DNA from: a virus
DNA: 35,928 bases
Reading direction: 5' to 3' (one strand)
Virus record (IMG/VR): IMGVR_UViG_3300045988_115600
Shown here: positions 28,971-35,928 of the stretch, one piece after another
How the letters are laid out: each line of letters opens with the position of its first letter
Numbering within the stretch: the stretch's first letter is position 1
Program-made: the position numbers and the translations under genes
Notes under the pieces: generated by a model
Database searches by the model: none
Told to the model about the DNA's origin: nothing
What the model saw: only the letters and a program-made list of their open reading frames with translations

Positions 28971-31871
28971 ATGGCAGCAGGAAATATTAAAGGCATTACC
29001 ATAGAAATTGGCGGCGATACTACCAAACTGTCCAAAGCACTTTCTGGGGTAAACAGCTCATGCAGTTCTTTACAGAAAGAATTGAGGGAAGTAGACAAGC
29101 TATTAAAACTAGATCCCTCAAATACAGAACTTTTGGCACAAAAGCAAAAGATTCTGAAAGAAGCTATAGGCAGCACAAAAGAAAAGCTGGATACGCTGAA
29201 AGAAGCGGAAAAACAGGTACAGGAACAGTTTGAAAACGGCGAGGTAAGCGAGGAACAGTACAGGGCACTGCAAAGAGAAATTGCATCAACGGAAATCAAA
29301 CTGGGAGATTTGGAGCAGCAGGCGCAGGAAAGCAACAAAGAGCTTGAGGGCGTGGCAGATGCAGCGGACGATACCGCAGAAAAAGTAAGCAAGATTGATG
29401 CAGCAGCAAATGCACTGGACACTGTGAGCAATAAAGCAGGAGCAGCAGCAAAAGCATTAGCCCCGTTGTCCGCAGGAGCGGCAGCAGTGGGGGCTGCATC
29501 GTATGCGGCGGCAATGAACATAGATAACGGCTATGACATTGTAATAACAAAAACAGGCGCAACAGGCGAAGCACTGGAAAGTCTGCAAGGCAGCATGGAA
29601 AATATATTTACAAATTTACCGATTGACGCAGAAACAGCAGGTACGGCAATCGGAGAAGTAAATACACGTTTCCAGCTCACAGGGGAAGAACTTGAAAAAC
29701 TGTCACAGCAGTTTATAGAGTTTTCCGAAATCAATGATACAGACCTCAATACATCAATAGATAATGTTGATACGATTTTAAATAAATTCAATGTTGATGC
29801 ATCACAGGCAGGCAATGTACTGGGACTTTTGACAAAGACAGGACAGGACACCGGGTTATCAATGGATACATTGGAAAATTCGTTGATGCAGAACGGCAGC
29901 ACCCTAAAAGAAATGGGGTTAGGGATTACAGAAAGTGTAAATTTACTGGCAGCATTTGAAAATAACGGTGTAGATGCAACAACAGCAATGGCAGGCTTGA
30001 AAAAGTCTGTTAAGAATTATACCGCAGAGGGATTAAGTACAAATGAAGCACTGCAAAAGACGATTGACAGAATCAAAAACGCCAGCACAGAAACAGAGGC
30101 GCTATCTATAGCACAGGAAACGTTTGGCTCTAAAGGTTTTGCGGAAATGGCGCAGGCTATCCGAGAGGGTAAGTTGAGCTTAGACGATTTGGGCGCATCG
30201 TTGGACGATTACGGGAACGTAGTACAGGATACCTATGAGGCAACATTAGACCCATGGGACGAAGCGAAAACAACGCTGAATAATCTGAAACTTGCGGGCA
30301 GTGATTTGGCAGGCACAGCATTATCAGCATTGAAGCCTGCCATTGAAAAAGTAACAAGTGCAGTAAAGAACTTTACGGACTGGTTTAGAAACTTGTCAGA
30401 TGGGCAGAAAGAAACGATTGCTATTATTCTGGCAGTTGTGGCAGCTTTAGCCCCGGCATTATTGATTATAAGCAAGGTGGCGGGGGCGATATCGAGCATA
30501 ATAAACGTATGCAAGATGTTAAAGCCTGCGATTGCAGCAGTAAATGCAGTAATGGCAGCGAATCCCGTAATGATAGTAGTGATAGCAATAGCTGCATTGG
30601 TGGCGGCGTTGGTTGTCTTATATAACAAGTGTGAATGGTTTAGAGAGATAGTTGACGGTATTTTTTCTGCAATCAAAGATTTTGTGGGAAATGCCATTGA
30701 TGCAATCAAAGAATTTATAAGCGCAGTATGGGACAAAATACAGGAGATATGGGGATTTATACAGCCGTACATAGAAATGATATGGGGCGTAATTCAGCAG
30801 ATCATGGCAGATATTGCACAGATTTTTAGCAACACATGGGAGATCATAAAAGCAGTGTGGGATTTGGTAGCACCGTATTTTATGATTTTGTGGGAAGCAA
30901 TAAAAACTGTATTTTCTGTAGTTGGCGAAGTGCTAAGCGGCTTCTTTTCGGTTGCGTGGGAGCTGATTAAAACCGTTTGGGACGTTGCGGTAATGTACTT
31001 TACTACAATTTGGGAAAATATCAAAATTGTATTTTCTGTAGTAGCGGAAGTGCTAGGGGCGTTCTTTAGTACGGCGTGGGAAGTCATAAAGGCAGTATGG
31101 GACGTTGTAGTAGCGTATTTCCAAGCGGTATGGAACGGTATTAAAACAATCTTTTCAGTAGTAAAAGATGTATTAACGGGGAATTTCAGTGACGCATGGA
31201 ACGGAATTAAAAGCATTTGGGCTGGTTTTGCTAATTTTTTCAGCACAGCATGGAACAGTGTAAAAACAATATTCAGTGCAGTAGGAAATTTCTTTAGGAC
31301 AACATTTAGTGCAGCGTGGGAGGCTGTAAAACAGGTATTTGCAAACTGGGGCAGCTTTTTCAGCGGCTTATGGGACAGAATCAAAAGCACGTTTTCTAAT
31401 TTGGGCACTGCAATATCAAATGCAATCAGCGGGGCAGTACGTGCCGGAATCAACGGAGTAATAAGCACGATTGAAAGAACTATTAACAGTGCAATAGGGC
31501 TGATTAACGGGGCAATCGGTTTAATCAATAAGATACCGGGCGTAAACATAGGCGGGCTGGGATATTTAAGCCTGCCAAGGCTGGCACATGGTGGTGTATT
31601 ACAGAATGGTGCGGCAATGGTTGCAGAGGCGGGACCAGAGTTAATACAAATGGTAAACGGTCAGACGATTGTAACACCATTGACACCAACGGCGAGAAAT
31701 ACCGCAATGGATACCGTAAACGGTAAACAGGGCGGCAGTACAACAAATGAAATTCAATTGAAAATTGAGAATTTTTACAACAACAGGGAACAGGACATAA
31801 GAGAACTTACAGAGGAAATATTGGAAATTGCAGACCAAATAAAAGAAAGGGAAGAGGCGGCATATGCTTAG
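28971..31871 (+). CDS. Tape measure protein.
   Basis: 966 aa. N-terminal coiled coils, a central TM-like hydrophobic stretch, and a C-terminal array of W/F-periodic repeats (FSxAWExIKxVW...). Canonical position. Confidence 0.9.
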   Translation: MAAGNIKGITIEIGGDTTKLSKALSGVNSSCSSLQKELREVDKLLKLDPSNTELLAQKQKILKEAIGSTKEKLDTLKEAEKQVQEQFENGEVSEEQYRALQREIASTEIKLGDLEQQAQESNKELEGVADAADDTAEKVSKIDAAANALDTVSNKAGAAAKALAPLSAGAAAVGAASYAAAMNIDNGYDIVITKTGATGEALESLQGSMENIFTNLPIDAETAGTAIGEVNTRFQLTGEELEKLSQQFIEFSEINDTDLNTSIDNVDTILNKFNVDASQAGNVLGLLTKTGQDTGLSMDTLENSLMQNGSTLKEMGLGITESVNLLAAFENNGVDATTAMAGLKKSVKNYTAEGLSTNEALQKTIDRIKNASTETEALSIAQETFGSKGFAEMAQAIREGKLSLDDLGASLDDYGNVVQDTYEATLDPWDEAKTTLNNLKLAGSDLAGTALSALKPAIEKVTSAVKNFTDWFRNLSDGQKETIAIILAVVAALAPALLIISKVAGAISSIINVCKMLKPAIAAVNAVMAANPVMIVVIAIAALVAALVVLYNKCEWFREIVDGIFSAIKDFVGNAIDAIKEFISAVWDKIQEIWGFIQPYIEMIWGVIQQIMADIAQIFSNTWEIIKAVWDLVAPYFMILWEAIKTVFSVVGEVLSGFFSVAWELIKTVWDVAVMYFTTIWENIKIVFSVVAEVLGAFFSTAWEVIKAVWDVVVAYFQAVWNGIKTIFSVVKDVLTGNFSDAWNGIKSIWAGFANFFSTAWNSVKTIFSAVGNFFRTTFSAAWEAVKQVFANWGSFFSGLWDRIKSTFSNLGTAISNAISGAVRAGINGVISTIERTINSAIGLINGAIGLINKIPGVNIGGLGYLSLPRLAHGGVLQNGAAMVAEAGPELIQMVNGQTIVTPLTPTARNTAMDTVNGKQGGSTTNEIQLKIENFYNNREQDIRELTEEILEIADQIKEREEAAYA

Positions 31872-32628
31872 TGAATATTTTGAAAGTGCAAATAGCTTTA
31901 CCTATAACGGCATAAATTCGTTGGATATGGGGTTATTTATTACAGGGCAGAGTGCCGCCGATTCAGCAGCAGAGCCGGAGATTGAAACCGTAGAAGTGCC
32001 AGCAAAGGGCATATTGATACAGGACAATAGAATAGACACGCTGGACAATCAGAGATTTAAAGATTACGAGCAGAAATATACATGCTGTGTAGATGCGACA
32101 CAGGGCAGGAGCTTAGAAGAACTGGCACACAGCATTTATATGTGGCTGTATGCGCCGGGAATAGAGTATAGCAGGCTGTACGACACTTACAATACAGAAC
32201 GCTATAGGCTGGCGTATATAAACAGTAATGCCAGCGTGTCAGAACTGGCAAAGCGGTTACTGGGAGAGATAGAAATAACATTCATGTGCAAAGCATATGA
32301 AAGGCGGCTGAATGGGGATAAGACAATAACCCTAACGAAAGCAGCAACCATATACAACACAGAGGGATTTACGGCAACGCCGTATATAAAAATAACGGGA
32401 AATGGTGGTATTACGCTGTATATCAATAACCGGGCACATACCTTTAAAGATGTGAACGAATATATTGAGATTGATGGCGAAATAATGAACGCATACAAAG
32501 GCGATTTGCTACAAAACAGTAAAATGGTTACTACTCTTTTCCCAAAGCTGGCAGCAGGAGCAAATAACATAAGCTGGGCTGGCAATGTTACAAAAGTGGA
32601 AATTATACCGAGGTGGTGCAGACTTTGA
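31864..32628 (+). CDS. Distal tail protein (Dit).
   Basis: 254 aa. It overlaps the tape measure stop by 8 nt. Its position between the tape measure and Tal genes, and its N-terminus FTYNGINSLDMGLFI, are typical of siphovirus tail-family proteins. Confidence 0.7.
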   Translation: MLSEYFESANSFTYNGINSLDMGLFITGQSAADSAAEPEIETVEVPAKGILIQDNRIDTLDNQRFKDYEQKYTCCVDATQGRSLEELAHSIYMWLYAPGIEYSRLYDTYNTERYRLAYINSNASVSELAKRLLGEIEITFMCKAYERRLNGDKTITLTKAATIYNTEGFTATPYIKITGNGGITLYINNRAHTFKDVNEYIEIDGEIMNAYKGDLLQNSKMVTTLFPKLAAGANNISWAGNVTKVEIIPRWCRL

Positions 32629-35600
32629 TACCGATTCTATATGATGCCTTAGAAAAAGATTTTACGACAAATGGAATAGGGTTTTTAACAGATGCGGTAA
32701 GCTGCATTGTAACCGAGGAAAGAAACGGAATATATGAGCTTGCGTTGACGTATCCGACAAAAGGACATTTGGCGAAATACTTAGAGAATGACGCAATCAT
32801 AAAAGCAAAGGCGAATGATGAAGATAACCCGCAGCTTTTCCGTATTTACAACCATACGAAAGCTGTAGGAGAAAATACAACATGGTACGGGGAACATATC
32901 AGTTATGAACTGAACGGCAACCCGGTAGACTGTTTTACAGTAAGTGAGGTAAACGGAGAACGGGCATTACATGAGTTGCTGGACGCAGCGATATTGCCAC
33001 ATGAGTTTACCTGTGCAAGTGATATTACCACAACCAACAGCACCAGTATAGACGGGGCTGTAAGCGTCAGAAACGCTATGGGCGGCACAGAGGGCAGCTT
33101 ATTGGACGTATGGGGTGGAGAATATCACTACGACAATTACAGAGTAGAGCTTTTAAAAGCAAGGGGCGTAGACAATGGCGTAACGATCGAGTACGGCAAG
33201 AATCTGATAGATGCAAAGCAGGAAAAGAATATTGCAGATGTTGTAACGGTAATTTTCCCATATGCGAAATATACCGCAGAGGGAGCGGAGCAGAAAACAT
33301 ACATAACATTGCCGGAAAAGGTATTACAGCATGAGAATGCAAACAAATATGCAACGCTGCGGTGTGAGATTGTAGACTTTTCCGGGGAATGGGAAAGCGG
33401 AACAATAATTACTACTGACATGCTGCGAGCAAAGGCAAAAGAGTATTTGGGCAAATTAAGCACAGAGCCAAAAGTAAATATTACCTTGTCTTTTGCATCG
33501 TTGAAGAAAACCAAAGATTATAAAAATATAAAGGCTTTTGAGAGTGTAAAGCTGTGCGATATTGTTACGGTTAAAATCTTGCCGCTTGATATCAACGTAA
33601 AAGCAAAGATTACGAAAGTAAAATATGACAGCATAAAAGAACGTTACGAATCGCTTGAAATTGGAGCAGCCCGCACGAATCTGACTAAAACCATTACTGC
33701 GGCACAGAAAGAGGCGCAGGAGCTGATAGTAAAGAACCAGACAAGAGCGGAGCAAATCAAAAAGCAGATTGAGAACACCATTAAAAATGTGACTGCGGCA
33801 ATCACTGGCAACAGCGGCGGGTATGTAGTATTGCACCCGGAAAAGAACCCGCAGGAAATATTTATACTGGATACGCCGGATATGTCCAAGGCTAAAAATG
33901 TATGGCGTTGGAATCTTGCCGGACTGGGGCATAGTAGCACAGGTGTAAACGGAGAATTTACAACAGCAATTACCGCAGACGGTCAGATAGTAGCAAACTT
34001 TATTACAGCCGGGGAATTAACCGGGGCTATCTTAAAAGCCGGAACAGTGTACGCAGAGGCATTAGATGTAGAGTACAGGAATAAAGTAACCAAACATGCA
34101 ACAGATGCAGCAGAGGCGGCATTAAGCAGTGCAAAGCAGTATGCGAATGGATTACAGGAAAGTACCAACAAAGAAATTCAAGATGTAAACGATGCTATTT
34201 CAAATATCAATAATGAACTGGAAACAACAGTAGCAGACGGGATTATTACGGAATCTGAAAAAGCTGCAATCCAGAAAATGTTGCAGATCATTGTGAAAGA
34301 AAAAGAAGAGGCAGACGCAAAACACGAAGAATTATTTGACAATGATTATGTGCCGCCTGCGGAATTGAACGCAATGCATAAAGCATGGCTTGCTGTGTTC
34401 GGAACGGCAAACACAGCCAAATATAATGTGCTGGTTGCGGCAATCAATGATGTTGTAAATTCCGAAACAAAAGAAGAAATTGAAAAAAATATGGAAACGT
34501 ACAGAACTGCATACAGTGAGTATGGCAGTGCGGTTACGGAGTACCAGACAGCCGTAGCTATTGCGATAGAGGCAGCAGCAAATGCATATGCAGCAGATAA
34601 AGCAAACAGCGTAGGCGAAACCGTCACAAAGGAAATGACGGCAAAAATTGAAAGTACAGCATCAGAAATCACATTGCTGTGCAAAACCATTGAAGAGTAC
34701 AACATGCACAATTATGTTGCGGGTGGCGATTTTAAAGGCGGTTTTACCGATGAGTGGTATACGAGCAGCGAAAACAACGCAGTTATTACAGACAGCACAC
34801 TGGGAATATGTGCGAAGATTTTAAAAACTTCCAGTACATCATCATACATACGGTGCAAGATTGGAGTATTGCCAGCCGGAACGTACAGGGTACGGTATAA
34901 GGCGGCAACTGCAAGCGGATACGAAAGCACTGCAAGGATACAGTGCAGCTTTTATACCTATCAGACAACCGCAGCCGGATTGCTGAAAAGCACAGAATGG
35001 ACAACCATAGAAAGAGAAGTGACATTACCAGAAAGCACGAGCACAAGATATTTATATCTGTATGCCTACGTGCAAGGGGCAACAGTATATGTAAAAGATG
35101 TAGAAGTACTGGGGCAGATGTCGGTATACACAGAAGCACAGTTAAAAATAAACAGTGATTCTATTACGCAGGAAGTTAAAAGAGCCAAGGGTATAGAGGA
35201 AGAATTAAGAGCCTCTATTAAAGTGAATGCCGACAGTATCACAAGCTGTGTAACAAAGGGAAATGTGAGTAGTTACATTACGCAGTATTACAACAATGTC
35301 ATTGTTGCATTTAACAATAACTCAAAATATGTGCAAATTAGCGCAGGAGAAATTGCAGTATATGATAACGGAGTAAGTGCATCAAAAAAACGTGCAGCGT
35401 TCGACCAAAACGGCAATCATTTTTACAGAGATAACTACTATGTGGGGAAAATTGGTACAAATCAATGGACAAGTAACAATGCACACAAAGGACTTGTATT
35501 TGATTTAGAGCCGCAGGGTAAGTATATGGCATGGGCACAAAGGGCAACCGAGAGTGCAAGCGGATACACAACGATTTTATGTTACTCAAGGGCAAACAGT

Positions 35601-35825
35601 ATATATACAAACGCTGGTTTAAATTTAGGCTGCAATATGTATGGCAACGGCTGGATACTGGACAATGTAGACCTGCGGAACTGTAGCGCAAATGGTTATA
35701 CAACTTTTACAGGGACATTACCAGTTGTATTGGAAATACATAAAACAGACAATAACGGCGGTATTGGTTGGACATATGGAAACGTGTATATAAAGAATGG
35801 CTTAATAACAAGTATTCCACAATAA
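32613..35825 (+). CDS. Tail-associated lysin-like tip protein (Tal) with a coiled-coil extension and a C-terminal carbohydrate-binding-like module.
   Basis: 1070 aa with a GTG start at 32613 (alternative TTG at 32625 after GAGGTGG). The N-terminus IPILYDALEKDFTTNGIGFLTDAVSCIVTEERNG is typical of Tal/prophage-tail endopeptidase N-domains. NYVAGGDFKGGFTDEWY...VYVKDVEV resembles CBM4/9-type jelly-roll modules. Confidence 0.75.
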   Translation: MVQTLIPILYDALEKDFTTNGIGFLTDAVSCIVTEERNGIYELALTYPTKGHLAKYLENDAIIKAKANDEDNPQLFRIYNHTKAVGENTTWYGEHISYELNGNPVDCFTVSEVNGERALHELLDAAILPHEFTCASDITTTNSTSIDGAVSVRNAMGGTEGSLLDVWGGEYHYDNYRVELLKARGVDNGVTIEYGKNLIDAKQEKNIADVVTVIFPYAKYTAEGAEQKTYITLPEKVLQHENANKYATLRCEIVDFSGEWESGTIITTDMLRAKAKEYLGKLSTEPKVNITLSFASLKKTKDYKNIKAFESVKLCDIVTVKILPLDINVKAKITKVKYDSIKERYESLEIGAARTNLTKTITAAQKEAQELIVKNQTRAEQIKKQIENTIKNVTAAITGNSGGYVVLHPEKNPQEIFILDTPDMSKAKNVWRWNLAGLGHSSTGVNGEFTTAITADGQIVANFITAGELTGAILKAGTVYAEALDVEYRNKVTKHATDAAEAALSSAKQYANGLQESTNKEIQDVNDAISNINNELETTVADGIITESEKAAIQKMLQIIVKEKEEADAKHEELFDNDYVPPAELNAMHKAWLAVFGTANTAKYNVLVAAINDVVNSETKEEIEKNMETYRTAYSEYGSAVTEYQTAVAIAIEAAANAYAADKANSVGETVTKEMTAKIESTASEITLLCKTIEEYNMHNYVAGGDFKGGFTDEWYTSSENNAVITDSTLGICAKILKTSSTSSYIRCKIGVLPAGTYRVRYKAATASGYESTARIQCSFYTYQTTAAGLLKSTEWTTIEREVTLPESTSTRYLYLYAYVQGATVYVKDVEVLGQMSVYTEAQLKINSDSITQEVKRAKGIEEELRASIKVNADSITSCVTKGNVSSYITQYYNNVIVAFNNNSKYVQISAGEIAVYDNGVSASKKRAAFDQNGNHFYRDNYYVGKIGTNQWTSNNAHKGLVFDLEPQGKYMAWAQRATESASGYTTILCYSRANSIYTNAGLNLGCNMYGNGWILDNVDLRNCSANGYTTFTGTLPVVLEIHKTDNNGGIGWTYGNVYIKNGLITSIPQ

Positions 35826-35836
35826 AGGAGCAGGAC

Positions 35837-35928
35837 ATGGAAAAAGAACAGGTTGAAATTACAGAAGAGGCAACACCGTTGCCGCTTGAATTAAATAAAG
35901 CACCAGCACCATTACAGGAAGAGGAAAA
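35837..35928 (+). CDS. 5' part of the small wrap-around ORF, which continues at 78..141 after the overlap is collapsed.
   Basis: ATG 35837 is preceded by AAAGGAG (35824..35830). It is open to the window end and in frame with 1..141. Confidence 0.45.
   Translation, partial: MEKEQVEITEEATPLPLELNKAPAPLQEEE
35852..35928. repeat. Second copy of the 77-bp terminal direct repeat.
   Basis: Identical to 1..77 by direct reading. Confidence 0.9.

Noticed and set aside
28889-31549. Several long minus-strand ORFs (210, 179 and 251 aa) inside the tape measure gene.
   Set aside because: They are antisense to a 966-aa gene with a clear RBS and tape measure features. Their compositions (Ala/Ser/Phe-rich) mirror the sense repeats.

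Overview
The window is a complete, circularly closed genome of about 35.85 kb from a siphovirus-like tailed phage. Bases 1..77 are identical to 35852..35928, and one small ORF reads across the junction. AGGAGG-type ribosome binding sites and the gene families present suggest a Firmicutes/Clostridia host. Every gene except one is on the + strand. The modules, in order:
- Tail-fibre genes.
- A diversity-generating retroelement (DGR).
- An XkdX-type gene plus the holin/endolysin lysis cassette.
- One reverse-strand exonuclease-BRCT gene.
- An XRE-type regulatory region.
- An IS30-family DDE transposase with a stand-alone HTH paralog.
- A tRNA(CAU).
- Small early genes.
- A second, remote DGR target gene.
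- An SSB / putative HUH Rep / VRR-NUC / ParA / ParB block.
- A late regulator.
- An HK97-type packaging, head and tail module: HNH, TerS, TerL, portal, protease, capsid, connectors, major tail protein, frameshifted chaperone, tape measure, Dit and Tal.

The standout system is the DGR. A 115-nt non-coding template repeat (TR, 2810..2924) matches two variable repeats, VR1 (2577..2691) and VR2 (14126..14240), at the 3' ends of two paralogous genes. All mismatches (12 and 10) fall on TR adenines. The RT gene (3049..4260) carries YMDD and the DGR-type LGxxxSQ motif.

Unusual aspects of this DGR:
- No Avd-like accessory gene is visible.
- The second target lies 11.5 kb away among early/replication genes.
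- A shared hairpin-containing flank follows both VRs.
- A 15-bp long-range stem brackets the TR.

No tyrosine or serine integrase is visible. Rep, ParA and ParB suggest a phage-plasmid lifestyle, or the IS30-like enzyme may act as the integrase. All family assignments come from reading the translations, not from database searches.
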